The notes below the pieces were generated by a model that did no database searches, was not told the DNA's origin, and was given only the letters and a program-made list of their open reading frames with translations. Of a stretch of 64,000 nt of DNA, positions 23,307 through 39,199 are shown one piece after another. Made by a program: the position numbers and the translations under genes. Within the stretch, counting starts at the first letter, position 1; each line of letters opens with the position of its first letter. Origin of the DNA: Cirrosporium novae-zelandiae (Eukaryota); contig JAPETS010000001.1 of assembly GCA_026023565.1 (NCBI GenBank), positions 248,001 through 312,000 of the forward strand. The letters are read 5' to 3'.

Positions 23307-25737
23307 TTAACGGCGTTGGGTCTTGCCGTTACCACGTTTACCAGCAAACTAAGCGGAGACGTTAGTATAAGTAGCTCTGATATCCAAAGGGAATAAGAAA
23401 ATCTCACCAAATGCTTTGGCATGGCTGTCGAAGTATGACGATCAGCCTCTCCTTGTCTGGCCATCCTATTCATCTTTTTCTGGCCCAGTTTCGCCATTCT
23501 TTCTGCCTTGGTCCTTGTTGTCAGATCTGTGACTCCATCTTCTCTCCTGTTTATAGTGCTAATGCCTCTGTTTCGGCTTTTGGCTCGTAGGATAGCTTTG
23601 AGGTTAGGTCTCCCATCAACATCCATGGCATCAGTATCCGGGGCCGCACTTGAGGCCCGGATACTGCTGCGTCCACGGGTTGCCTGGTCGCGGGCTCTAG
23701 CGGATGCACGCGTAGAATCCAATCCGAGGGACTCCAGGTGGCTCTCCATTTCAGATAGTTTCTTTGACTTTGCAGACCGAGGAATAATAGCACGGTTCTT
23801 AAGGGATTTCTTCATCTTAGCTTCATTCCTTATCAGTACCTTCTTTTCCCTGATAATTTCGGCCTTCATATGAATGTCCTCGGCTTCTGCATCCTCAAGA
23901 CTTTCGTCTGACTCATAATAACCCTCTGCTTGAAGCTTCTCTTCTTCCTCTTCCAGAGCGAGAAGTTTGGCTTCAATGTCTGGATCTACATAATCGTAGA
24001 CATTCATGCCATTAATAACCTCCGGGATTTTGTCGTGCTTCCACTCGTCATTTTCAAGGAGGTAGTTCTTTTTCAAGTCCACATTATAAACCCCAGCACC
24101 TCCCTGTTCTTCTTCTATGTCACGTTCAAGCCGTCGCCGTTCTGGGTCGTCTTTATCATATTTTTTCAGCGCCTTGATGGCTTCGGGAATGAAGGTTTCT
24201 CGAACACCACCCTCGGGTTGCGCAACATGAATGCGCGTGAAGAGCTCCCCAAGGCGTCCGGTCGGAACGGCGCCCCCCTTTTCTGCAGCTTGGAGTTTTC
24301 TAGCAACACGATCAGCAAGCAGACGTTCTGCGGCCGCATTTTTTACAGCAGTGACCCCTTCCTCTGTCGAACAAGAAAGCTTGAGTAGTTCAACTGATCC
24401 TGGCATTAGTATCGATTGCAATTCTTCCCTTGTCTCGCCTTCGAGATCCTCTACTGTCATAAGGTCAATTTTGTTGATAACGACAAACACGAGCTTATTT
24501 GCAAATAGCGGCTTGATGCTTTTGAATCTATGAGGCTGGTCAATATGTGGTCTAGATTTAAGGGGGAATACTAACAATTGAATCTGGGCTTCGACGGTGT
24601 ATCCACACTGCTGAGAGAGGTCCATAAAATACTGAGTTATGAAATGTAAGCAGCTGGTTGTTAAAGTAAGCAAATCAAGGAAACATGGCCTTTGACTTAC
24701 CAATATGACACTTCTCAAATGAGCAATAGCCACAATACTCTGGTACTCAATCGTGTTCATTTCTTCCAATGGATGGTCTAGTATACCGGGAGTATCAATC
24801 TAGAGAGCAGCCTATGAGTTAAAGTTTGAGAAGTATAGGCGAGTATCCTTACCACTTGGAACCGCAAGTAATTATAATCAAAGTGACCAGCGATCAATGA
24901 CTTTGTCGTAAATGCATATGGCTCAATGGCAGGTTCGGCGCGGGTAATTTTATTCATAAATGAGGACTTTCCAACATTGGGATATCCACACAAAACTAGT
25001 GTTCTCGTATTGGGGTCAATAGAAGGCAAACGGCCCAAATGCATCCTCACTTCCTCAAGATAGAGGAGGGAATCCTTCAGGCGCCTGGAAACCGTTGCCA
25101 TTCGCCCAAGAGCAGCGCGTTTCAGCTGCTTGCACTGAAAGAGTGATTGACCATATCTACGGTTAAAAGTGAAGGCTTAGTCGGAGAACAAAGGGATTAC
25201 GGTCAAGAGAGAATACTGACTTGAGAAGGCGAACATAATCCCGCGAAATCGACTCAATGAGATGTTTGGCGGTTGCTAGTTGACCAAGGGCAATGCGAAA
25301 ATGATCAGAATCGTACAAGGTATTTCTATGAGTCCAGTTTTAGTATCCTGTTACAACCCGAAATAAATGATCCAAAACATACAGCAAATCCCGATGGAAA
25401 GGATGCAAGTCATCAAGCCTTGGAAACCCATCGAGCGTTGCCGACAGCTTGTCGCAAAATGTTTCTTGGGTGAATTTAACCTTCCTTTTCAGTGTCAGTC
25501 TTGCCCGGGTTTTTAGTAATAGCGGTTCTATATTGCGCACCGGGTGTAGAAACTTCGAATACGGCTGATCTTAAAGCCAGCTCGTATCTGTGTAGGAAGT
25601 CTTCGTTGTGTTCGAGAAAGGACAATATCGAGGAGCTCTTGGCTCGTCGGCACTGGTTGAATCTAAGAAAATGCTGTTAGTAGAATCCTAGTTACGTGAA
25701 GCTAAGCAATCCATACCTCTTTCCATGTGGTCTTCAT
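23307..25737 (-). CDS. NOG1: Nucleolar GTP-binding protein Nog1 (60S biogenesis), multi-exon
   Basis: MKTTWKE|IQPVPT...[21 protein letters not shown]-loop [26 protein letters not shown]-terminal [17 protein letters not shown]. Eight introns. Confidence 0.96.
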
Positions 25738-26310
25738 CTTTCCTATCTTTTAAGTAGATTCTAAACTTGTTGATGAAGAATTGTAAGAAGGCCGTCTTTT
25801 CGCGGTTTGATGGTTGGCAATATTTTTTCTTCGCAGTTGGAAAATCGATAAACCTCGGTTGCACTCCGATTGGCCAAACTCAAGCGATACACAAACCAAC
25901 ACCAAACCTAATTTGCGTTTTCCAAATTACCCTGCAGAGGTATAGAGGTACAGAGGCGCGAAAGCGCTGTAATGTAAATATCAATATTTAGTACCTAGGT
26001 AGTTATAGAAGTTATAACATAAGAATTTGATAACAGGCCTGAAGATATTACGCTTTTTGACCAGTCCGACCATCCGCTGACTAAGAGGGATACCAAATCC
26101 AAGGTACCAAGAAACCAAACCGTTGGTCCTGTCCTCAAATGTGTAATTAATGTCATAATTATTGAAAATAAAATTGGGTATCTGCAGAGGAGCTGCCATT
26201 TCACAAAGCACATAACCAAAGCTTCCACACAATAAGCATATCGGGCACATAACTCCACCTCAATATTTTTCATAATATGTACACCTTTGATAATATGCAA
26301 AACTCTAAAA

Positions 26311-27465
<1,155 letters not shown>

Positions 27466-28943
27466 GGTGAAGTGATTTGGATGGTAAAATTAATGTTGAA
27501 ATTATGTGAAATTCTGATTGGAAAAAAGCCGAAGATTGGATTGGAGGTAGCGATTAGTACCGAGACTTGGATCCGAAATTGGGGTTAGCGGGTTTGTGTA
27601 GCTTGTTAGAGAAGTTTGAGGGATCAGATCAGAATCCCTGGAATCCTTGTAAAGTCACTGGAACGAAAGTGCATGCGCGGATCTTTTCTGCTGTGCCGCT
27701 AGCGCTTCGCGGATGTCCCCCCGAGCGTTGGCTCTCTCCCGAGTTTGCTGAAGTGGAACTATTTCAGTTTATCTACCAACAGGGGAGCTGCGGACCAGTT
27801 GACGACCTGTTCATTCTTAGGTGGATACTGTCAATGGTCATTAATGAGGGGAGCAGATGGGGATTGATTGTTTTGGCTGGTTATTCACCCGTGTGGAGGA
27901 AGAGGGAATTGGCTCGAATAAACGTTGGCAAATGTACAAGTAACTTTACTTTCGTAGGCCAAATGAAAAAATGTCTATTCAATGTGTTGGCTGGATAACT
28001 GACGGTCCCTTTTGGTGTCGTGTCTAGTCGTGTCAATATGAGGATGAGCCTTACTGTATGCTTCTGAGAGAGGGTGAATTCAGGCAGGAATATTGCTTAG
28101 AAAGTCAAAGGGTTGTGTTGTCTTACAATACATCCCTTTTCATCCGTTCTAGACAAGTCCTTTTTTCGAAAATCAGGTCAATGAGAGGTATCTTGGGGCA
28201 ATTATGATGATGTTATTGCCGAAGTATTTGTTGTTAGCCTCCTAATTGCTTTTAGAACCCTAAGGCTTTGGGCCATTGGGCCTTAAAACTTCCAATTCCG
28301 TTGTCTGGTCGAACTCTGTATATAGTTCTCTCTCGCTACCAATCTGTTGGGACGCCCTTGATGGTCCATATTGCACATCTCTCCTTTCATTTCTTCCTCC
28401 ATTGTCTCTCTATCCAACCTATTTTGTGTACAGGTCAATTTCTCTTGCACACCTTTCTCTCTACCATGCTCTATAAAATCTATTTAGATCAACAGTTATT
28501 TATCTATCACTCTCGAGAGCACTCCTCTTTACCTCATAATCTTCGATGGATTCTGCCTGGTCCAATCCTTTCACCTCAGCTTTCACACCTACTGACATCC
28601 CCTCACCCAAGTATTTTTCAATCTTCCGGTAGCCTCCAAGCTACCCTTTTTTGTCTGCTTGCTGGATACTGGAAAGATGAAGCTGACAATATTGATTAGA
28701 TTTATGGCAGTAATCTGGATCCAGTCACAACGCCTGTGGGAGAAGCTATCTGGAGGTAGTGGCATAATGGACCTCGATGAAACAAATCACAGCCTGGCTA
28801 ATCAAAAGAAAATCTCATAATGACTTGAAATGGCACCTTCCTTAAGAGCGTCCATGCTATGTTTGTGCGAGCACCCCAATCAAAATGCTTTGAAAATCTA
28901 ACATCTATGACACCTACGCCGAAACACGCCACAGCACACCCGT

Positions 28944-30409
28944 TTAATGCATCGGTTTCTGCCCAACACAAACATACCTAAACCTTCAGCAAGTCATCGG
29001 CAGACAATGGCAGAACCAGAAACTCACAAAGGGAAGTAAGCTTTCAGAGATGAATCTCGTGCTTCCTGTCGAGCTGAAGCTATCAAAACTTGGAACTCAT
29101 CATAGGACATCCCTAGTCTTTGGGTAAATGGATACACTGCCACCGTGCTTAATAGTCTGTGGACGTTCTCTCGATTTTTTTCGCCAATATTGCGATCCCG
29201 GGGGTCTGAGAAGAGTATCAGTCAACGCCACAAGAAGAAAAGCATTTGCGCATTGTATTGGGAAGTTTCAGGCAATTTCAACTCACCACTAGACCAACTA
29301 GAGGTTGGTAGTGGAATCATTCTACTCTCAACATTCACAAGGCCGGTCGCACTCATTAAATTTGGCAATCTCGTGGCTGCTCGAGGATCTTTGATATCGT
29401 CCACGGATCTCATATAGTTCTCACTCCATTGCCGGAGAGCATTTGCTGGCGTAAGGGATCCATTGTCCGATTGGCAGTTAAAATACATTTCAACCATTTG
29501 GAGCCATCCACCAGGTTTCAAAACCCTTTCAGGCTGGTCAATGATATCATTCGACAATTTCATCCAGGCCATCTGATAGTGTCTAGCCGAAGGGAGGTTG
29601 GCTTGACTCACCGAGAAATATCCCGCACATAGCCTGGCCACCGATCTCTGTTGATCCCGCTTGCAACCAATCGCGAATGGACAACATCGAATGTGTTTGA
29701 ATGGAAGGTAAAGGGTTCGTTAAGATCGTCGAGCTAGCATGTAACATTCAGACTGAATCATTACCGACAAAGTGAGGGGTGGCTCTCGGGCCACGGGAGC
29801 AGTTAGGAAGATGCAGGGCTCGAGGGGGATTTGTGTATTTAGGGATCTGATATACGATAGGCAAGAAATGGAGCATGTAGGCTTACCTGAAGCCACAGGT
29901 TGTCTGGGGTTTCATCAGGTTTCAGATGTGTTGATATATCGACCCCGATGACCTGGAATATTTAGTGAGTTACTTGCCAAATTTCAAGAAAATAAACCTT
30001 ACGTCACAGCTGGGATATTGCTCTGCCACTTCTATAGCCCATGATGCCGCTCCGTATCCGCAGTCAAGGACTCTTCTTGGATTTGGGACATATGGGAAGA
30101 TCAGACGATTATCAAAGACATACTCCAGCATTCTGTGCTGCATTTCTAGCCTTTCCGCTTCATCCTGATAGCCTGTCAGTATAAACTGGGGAGCAGATTC
30201 AAACTTGGTGCTTGCCTCATCCACTGGCACTAAATTGATCAGGTTGTCTATTGCATATCGCTGAAACTCCCGATTCTGTATTATCACCGTTTGAAGGTAA
30301 GTGTTCTCTACTGGTGCGGTATCTTGTTCCCCAAAAGCAACTCGATTCCTGTTATAGCGATGAATCAGTATGATTACCGTTTTAGGACATCAGGGAATCG
30401 GTACGCCAT
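28944..30409 (-). CDS. SAM-dependent methyltransferase, LaeA-like family, multi-exon
   Basis: PVDE|DEAERLEMQH, VLDCGYGAASWA, VIGVDIS, LDDLN, FDVVHSR, VLKPGGWLQMVE, ending Y|VCVGQKPMH*. The start at 30409 depends on a short first exon and is tentative. Confidence 0.88.
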
Positions 30410-33400
30410 TGTCCTTAGTTCAGCGAAACTCAAATGCCCTTTGCCCCAGAAATAAATCTTCTCTGTTTCCGTGATTATGGTTATGGTGCAGAACAGACAT
30501 CCGCAGAACCGAAACCAGTGGCAACGTAGCCAATTTTGCACCACCGATGGGAAAATACTCTCATGGCGGTCCAAATGCTAATAATACAGATGAATGTGGT
30601 CACTAGTCTCTTCCTAAGAACTGGTTTGTGCATTCGACACCCAAGTATTGACAAAGCAACAATTCATGCATTATGTGGTAATGAAGAGCCTAAGAAGCAA
30701 ATGACACTCTCAAATGGCCACCAAGCCATGTTGCTGAGTGGAGCATATTCTTCCGTGATCCAGTACCGTTTGCGACGATAGACCGCCGCAAATCAGCGAA
30801 TTCTCTAAGTTATCAAGTCAACCGAGTCAAGTATTGTGGCAAGCCAGGTAGCTAGGTTTGACATTGGACCAAAGTTGAGTTACGCTCCAATCAAATGAAA
30901 AGAGATATCATTTCTTAAGTCTGACCCTCAGGGAAATGCATATGATCCCACAATGGGTCCGAAATGGGCACCGAAATCCTCACAGAAGAAGATCAAGATT
31001 TGGCTAGTTATGCAGCCAATGCACTTTTCAAGTAAGGCGATTACAATTTCTCGCCAGTTATTAGCGAACCCTGGGTTGTGGACAGCACGCCGGTGAAGAC
31101 GCTCCCCAGATATTTTACGCAGAAGTACTTAGGGATGGCTGCAGTTTGTATCGTTCCCTCTTCCGGGTTGTCATGCGGTGTCATTCTTTCAAACAGATCC
31201 CAAGACTTGTCGCATAAAGTTTTCGAAACAAGTTGCCAATCGTAATATCAGAACTGTGGGTCCCAAATCTATTAGGGTCAATTGATGTCCCATCCCACTG
31301 CGGTTTCAACGACTAGCTGGCATGCTGACTTCATTCTTCATCATGGATTGATTATAGATATGGTAAGAACATGGCCGCTTCAAATGCATCAAGCCAGCCA
31401 ACAAACCACGCTAGGTAGTGCCAGGGCTATTCCACTGACCATCCCGGTGACATGGTTTTGGGTCGCCATCCACCCCGCGCCTTCGGAGGATAAGTCCAGA
31501 CGCCTTCCTTTGGTATCGCTACTAAAGAAAGAAAAAAAGAACATGGTCAAAATATCCATGAACTTGATAGAAACATCGGCACAAACATCAAAAAATTTCT
31601 AAAGATGCGCCTTCGACAAAGATACGGTATTTTAGTCTTTTTGGGGCCACGTTGTTGTTGGTGGTGTGGACTGCCCTCCCTCTCAAAAATTGGAAGGACT
31701 TATGGATTGTTGGAGTTGGAGACTTGGGGCAAGCTGGCATACCAAGTTAGGGTAGTAGGCTAAGCTGGCATCGGCTGCAACATGTCAAACCCCCTAAGGT
31801 AGCCATCCAGGTCACTCCTCTTTTGCTCGTACTCACCCTGTAAGCTCAATTTCTCCGCTTACTCTTGCCTGGTTTATGAGACCAAATGTGGCATTGAGAT
31901 GAAGAGCACAAGGCGGACAGGTGCATGGTCAGTTGTCGCTCGAGCTGTAAGTCTTCGCTGTTATTGCATTCTAAGTCTTGGCTACACAATTTTTTACAGA
32001 TCGACACATGCTTGAAAATATTGGTCCGTCTACCCAGCGATCACTACCCTATGCTTCTCCAACAAGCCCGAAAACAGACTCTACAAATCTTTACCCCATA
32101 ATGCTGCATCCTGCTGACCGAAATAACCATGAAATAGCACTACAATCAGTGTCACACAGCCTAAAGTTCTAAGGTTAGACAGGAAATACGCTCGAATTCG
32201 GAGTGGGTTCCGCGCAAGTCCCTCCCGCAAACAGCAAAGTGTGGCTTTGAAAACAACCTTGACCGAGGAGGTTAACATGTTGATGGAGTCGGTGCCGGCT
32301 ATCATTCACGCGCTCAAGCGTCTATGGGATGTCCCAGCAATGAGTCGGGCTGATACATAGCCGAGGAAAGCGTTTTACAGTGGAAGCCTACATCCTACGG
32401 ACATTCTAAGGACATTCTAACAAAGCGTTCGATAGAAAACCTCCACTTCTTCTCCGTGATTAATTAATCCACGATGCTATCGATCTTAGGATGTCATTGC
32501 GACTATCACACAATGCGAGACAAGCGCACTCTTACAAAGCCTGATGGATATACAATGCATGCTGCCGGAAAGGGAACCCACAGAACATACAGTAGAGAAT
32601 TTTAAGACTCAAGAGAGGAGTACCTATACTGCTAGATTTAAGGATGTGGTAAGTTGATCGCGATAAGGGATCATTGATTACCGGTGCGAAGACGATCATG
32701 CATGGCTATGGTTACAGGGTATCCTGTTGGCGTAGCTAGGGGACCAGCATTGTTAGAGGTCGCCCGTGTATATCTCTAAGCCGGGTCCACGGCACTTACT
32801 ATTCAGATCTTCTGTCACTCAGCTTAATTTACACTCTGGGATTGGATTGAAATAGGGTGCATGTCTGCCTGTAAGTTCAACCTACATGTCGGAATTCGGG
32901 TTCCAAAGCCGTCAGCCTGTCGATACTTTGACTCAGAAGCATACCATACAGGGCTCCCTCGCTCATCAGACTTCTTAGGCAGGTGTGCCGCAGGCTGCAG
33001 GTTTTGGAGTCCGAAGACAAGTCATAAATTCATCTAAATTGACTGTGGGCTCTTGACCGCTCTTCGGATGTATGCCATTTGACTTTTGTGAATCTTGAAC
33101 ATGTTGATTTATGGACCAGGGTAGACGATAAAGAATTGTGGTCAACAATTTAGGTCAGAACTGAGGCGTTTTAGATAGCCATGTTTTAACCCATCCTCTA
33201 GATGGTTAAGAGAGGGGTAATAGTTATATAAGTCTTAGTGTATAAGTAGGTAGTTGATGTTGATGTTGACAGTAGGGCTCAATCAGAGATGGTACCGAAT
33301 TACCTTTTATAGATTCGTGTAACCCCAGCTGCGTCATTAGTCAAGACTCGAGGTTTCCTTACCAAACCTCCGGGATCCCAGAGAAGCTTCACCATCAACC

Positions 33401-33495
33401 CAACTCAACGTATTTACCATTTCACCAATTCCCCTATTCCCCACTTCGGACACGTCTTGCCATTTGTTCTTTCTGTATTCCTCCTTATATCCCGA

Positions 33496-34805
33496 ATGGC
33501 TTCCGCCACAATTCAACGACCGAGAGTTTTTCTCGACATACAAGTTGGTCCTGAATATGCTGGAAGGATCATCATCGAATTGTTCATTGACAAGACACCC
33601 AAAACTTGTGACAAGTAAGCTACTCTTTCCCTCCCTTTCCCCTCTAAATGCCAACCGTCTTTCATAGCTTTCGCGCCCTCTGTACCTCCTCCTACACCCC
33701 ACCTAACTCTAGCTCTCCTCTTACGTACGCCCTCTCACCTTTCCACCGTATTATCGATGAGTTCATGATCCAAGGCGGCGATATTACCTCTGGCAATGGT
33801 ACAGGCGGCCAATCAATCTACGCTAGCGCTCCCGACGAGACCTTCGAGGATGAGAACCTCGAATGGAGAGGCCTAGATGCGAAAGGGCTAGTATGTATGG
33901 CGAATCGAGGTCCAAACACGAATACAAGCCAATTCTTCATTACGTTGGACGAATGTTCCCATTTGAATGGGCGACATACAGTATTTGGGCATGTGGTAGG
34001 GGGAATGGAAGTTGTGGACCAAGTAGCCAAGGTAGAAGTTGATGACAAAGACAGACCTATCAAAGGACAAGTCGTAATTGCTAGATGTGGGGAACTAGAA
34101 AAGAGAAAGAAAATAGGGCTGGACAAGTTTGACACGAACAAAGCTATAGCGGGAGCAAAAAAACTAGATGAGACACAAGATCAAAGCTCACGTCATCGAC
34201 GAGGAAGATCCAACTCCTCCCCTTCCCCTTCACAGTCGGAAGAAGAAAGGTCAAAAAGCCGCCTCCACCACTCCCCGCCAAATTCTCAATCTCGTTCCCG
34301 CTCACCTCGTCGCCGTCATCACCACCATCATCGCCACCACCACCGTCGCCATCACTACCACTCTCCTTCCGGTGAGGAAGAGGAGTCCTCCACCACGCCT
34401 CGCAAGTACCCCCGTCGTAGCGACCACGACAAAGATAGCACGTTCCGCGGCCGCACTCCTACACGTTCGCCATCCTATCCTACCCAGGCATCTTCCCGCC
34501 AAGAATCGAGGCAGCAATCTCGACAAGGGTATGGACAAGGGTATAAGAGAAACCGAAGTTCAAGTCGCGATAAATATCGTAGACGGTCTAGAAGTCCAAG
34601 ACGGTGGGAAGGCAGGGGCACGTGGCGAGGGAGAGGTGGTGCGTGGGGTGGTGGGAGAAGATGGGGGTGGGAGGATAGAAGTGAGAGGGGAAGTCAGGAG
34701 GGGAGATTGGGAGGTGCGGGGGATTTAGGTGGTGGTGAGGGAGGACAAGAAGAAGTGAAATTTAAGGGCAGAGGCAGGATGATGTATCGGGAAAGGAAAT
34801 GGTGA
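33496..34805 (+). CDS. Cyclophilin-type PPIase with His/Arg/Ser-rich tail (SR-cyclophilin, PPIG-like), 2 exons
   Basis: RPRVFLDI...PKTCDN|FRALCT across intron 33615-33667, FHRIIDEFMIQGGD, MANRGPNTNTSQFFIT, HLNGRHTVFG; RS repeats; ends KFKGRGRMMYRE. Confidence 0.92.
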
Positions 34806-35532
34806 GGATCTCCTAGATATGATGGCCGGGCTTTTCCATTGACCCATGGAAATCGAAAAGTGCCTTAGTATTCAAAACGGCGAGAAGAAGAAAAAAAACA
34901 AACAAACAAACAAGGCGTGAATATTAATCAAAAAAGGTCATGGGTTTTGATCAAATTATGGAATTATTTACTTGCAATATCTACCTATTCTTGAGATACC
35001 CCCCAATTTGTATTCCATCTTTTTTTTTTGAAAAAAAAAATAACTTATCTGCCTTGTTGTTGAATGGGTGAATGAGGGAAAAAATATGTATTATCTATGT
35101 CATTGTTATTTTATATGGTGGAAATCATATATCTATTGTTTGTGCGTGTGTGTTGTGTTCATCTAGCTACCTAGGTAATTGCCTAGGTATCCAAGGTATT
35201 TATTTATATTCCTGTTACGATTACGATATTTATAAACTGGGCGAGTGGGTGTGAATATCTTAAATTAGATTGTCGGGAATTCTTTCATTTTTCATTTTTC
35301 TTGTCTGTATGGATGGCTAGCTTATTATGTGTGGGTGGGTGCTTTCTATAGATGTAGAGGGACAAAGTACTTTTTTTGCTGCTGCGTCTTCTATTTTTGA
35401 ACCCCCCCCCCCCCGGCTTTATAAGAAACGGTAATTTTACAAATCCCAACCATCTTTTTTTTAAACTTGCATAGCTTCGTTACACAGATTCCCAGGGGGG
35501 AGGGGGAGTATGGTATAGTATGTATATCTAAC

Positions 35533-36654
35533 CTACATACCCTTCTTCCCACTCTCCCTCTCCATCTTCCTCAACGCCCTCCTCCGAATATCCTCATGCA
35601 TCTTCCGATTCGTATCAACCACGAAGGCGCCATCCCTTCCTACCAAATCGATTCCCCACTGCATGATCCCGTGGCTCCAGTACGGCGTGCTAACACCGAC
35701 TCTGCTTCCCGCACCTCCACTGCGTCCGATTTTCCCTAGGACGCTCTTTACGAAGGCTTTGGGGGGAGGGATCATGAGGCTCGGGCGGCGGATTTTGGAG
35801 AGCTTGGAGGTTACTAGGTAGCTGTGGACGACTTCGACGGTTATGTTGTTGGCGGCGAGTTCAGAGGAGAGGGCTTGGGACCACGCGGTTAGGAAGGCTT
35901 TGCTGCCGGAGTAGGTTGCCAATAGTGGGGTGGGAACAACGCCGCCGGCGAAGGAGGCGATTGTTAGGATCAGGCTTGGGTTTTTCTTTCCGCGGGCTAG
36001 GAGGCGGGGGAGTACTAGTTGGGTTAGTTTTAGGGTGGAGGTGCAGTTTATCTCGATGATGTCGTGCATTTCGTCTGCGGGCGTGACCGCGAACGGCACC
36101 GGCATGCTGTGGCTTCTTCCGACATTGTTGATCAAGATTGAGATGTTGAGGTCGCTGATGGCGGAGGAGATGCTGGACCAGTCGGCCGAGGTGGGCGCGG
36201 AGAAGTCAACCGCGAGGACTTTGACTGAGATGTTGTATTGGGATTGCAGGGTGCTAGCGATTTCATCGAGACGTGATTGCGTGCGTGAGATTAGGAGGAG
36301 GTTGAATTTGGAGCGGGCTAGCTGGTGAGCGAATTCTAGGCCGATGCCATCGGTTGCGCCGGTTATTAGGGCGTAGGAGGAACCGGAACCGAATTTTTTG
36401 AGCTGGTGCGTGGAATTAGTTATGTTTTTTTTTGAGAGAGAGAGGGGGGGGGAGATGATGAGCAATTGAAGAAGCAATTGAAGAGGGAGAGGAGAGGAGA
36501 TTGAGAAATTTACTGTGCTTACTGGAATGCCTGGGAGAATGAATAGGCTGGATATCATACGGCAGAAGCTGGCGCCGAATTTTAACACTGTGAAGGCGCC
36601 GATGAGGGCAAGAGGGGCCAGTATGGCTGGGGGGATGGAGTTGAGGTCGACCAT
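35533..36654 (-). CDS. IFA38: Very-long-chain 3-ketoacyl-CoA reductase (SDR), 2 exons
   Basis: TGATDGIG, LINNVGRSH, YSGSK catalytic motif, VTSKLSKIRR; 120-nt intron 36403-36522 is read through by the track. Confidence 0.9.
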   Translation of the reverse strand: MVDLNSIPPAILAPLALIGAFTVLKFGASFCRMISSLFILPGIPVSTVNFSISSPLPLQLLLQLLIISPPLSLSKKNITNSTHQLKKFGSGSSYALITGATDGIGLEFAHQLARSKFNLLLISRTQSRLDEIASTLQSQYNISVKVLAVDFSAPTSADWSSISSAISDLNISILINNVGRSHSMPVPFAVTPADEMHDIIEINCTSTLKLTQLVLPRLLARGKKNPSLILTIASFAGGVVPTPLLATYSGSKAFLTAWSQALSSELAANNITVEVVHSYLVTSKLSKIRRPSLMIPPPKAFVKSVLGKIGRSGGAGSRVGVSTPYWSHGIMQWGIDLVGRDGAFVVDTNRKMHEDIRRRALRKMERESGKKGM

Positions 36655-37200
36655 TGTAGATAAGGAAGCTCACTGATTGGTATATATCAATTGAAGTGAG
36701 ATGTGGTATGTTATGGAGAAGAGGAGGATACTCAGTAGTTGTGGTACAGGGTAAGACACTTTTTGTAATTCCTCTCAACCCCACCAAGTACGGCCCAAGC
36801 TGTTGACTTGTGATAAACATAAATTATTGTTGAGATGTCCAAGCCACACGCTACTGTAAGGCCAGCCACAGATGAAAAGGCGTGGTTGCCTTAGGCAGAT
36901 GTTAATAAGGTTACCTAATTATACACACACGTGACACAGTAAGGTACAGTACAAGTTAGGGATCAAAAAAGTAGACCAGGGCATCCATCCATCTCCCACC
37001 GGATCCCGGAATCAACAAATATCGTGATCTGATGATTATTGTAAGGCCTGTATACAGTAAATTTTAAAGCATAAATACGACAGTCCGGTAAGACCGTAGG
37101 AAATATTCCGTTGATTGATCTTAAAAAAGATTTATTTTGGAAATTCTGCAATCTGATCCCTAATCCCCCCTCAATCCCACCGCTGTTCAATTGATCAACC

Positions 37201-37686
37201 ATGGACTCTCTCCTCTCCCACATGCCTCCTCATGAGGGCCTGCTACCCCAATGGCTGCTATTTGTCTGCTGCCCCCCCGACTCCTTTTCACAACTCTTGA
37301 TCACTTACAAGGATAAACAGATTGCCGTTACGTCCGCTGGAAACAGCATTCAAAGTTACCTTACCCTGACTTACACTCGTCAAGTCTATCTCGGTAGCGG
37401 CGCAACAGGAAACAAATCGCCTGCAACTCCCCTCTCTTCCCGAACCTTTGGCACCTGGACCTTTCTCTCTGCCGTCATTCGTTACTTCGGCGCATACTAC
37501 ATTGATGACCCAGTTGTCTATACCATTGTCATGTGGAGTTATGTCATCGCCCTATTCCATTTCGCGTCTGAGTGGTTGATATTTGGGTCCGCCAGGATGG
37601 GGAAAGGATTGCTTGGTCCGGCCATTGTGTCCACCTGCAGTCTGTTTTGGATGTACACTCAGAAGGCGTTTTATCTAGGAGTATAA
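37201..37686 (+). CDS. ERG28: Ergosterol biosynthesis scaffold Erg28, 2 exons
   Basis: GLLPQWLLF|IAVTSAGNSIQSY, TPLSSRTFGTWT, IALFHFASE; intron 37264-37320. Confidence 0.93.
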   Translation: MDSLLSHMPPHEGLLPQWLLFVCCPPDSFSQLLITYKDKQIAVTSAGNSIQSYLTLTYTRQVYLGSGATGNKSPATPLSSRTFGTWTFLSAVIRYFGAYYIDDPVVYTIVMWSYVIALFHFASEWLIFGSARMGKGLLGPAIVSTCSLFWMYTQKAFYLGV

Positions 37687-37812
37687 GATGTGAATTGCAA
37701 GAATCATGGAATATCCAAACTCGGGCTTGAACCGTGACCCCCAGATATATATATATATTACTCTCTATAACAAATGTCTATCCCGACGTTGTAAATGCCT
37801 ATTTTATGTTTA

Positions 37813-39199
<1,387 letters not shown>

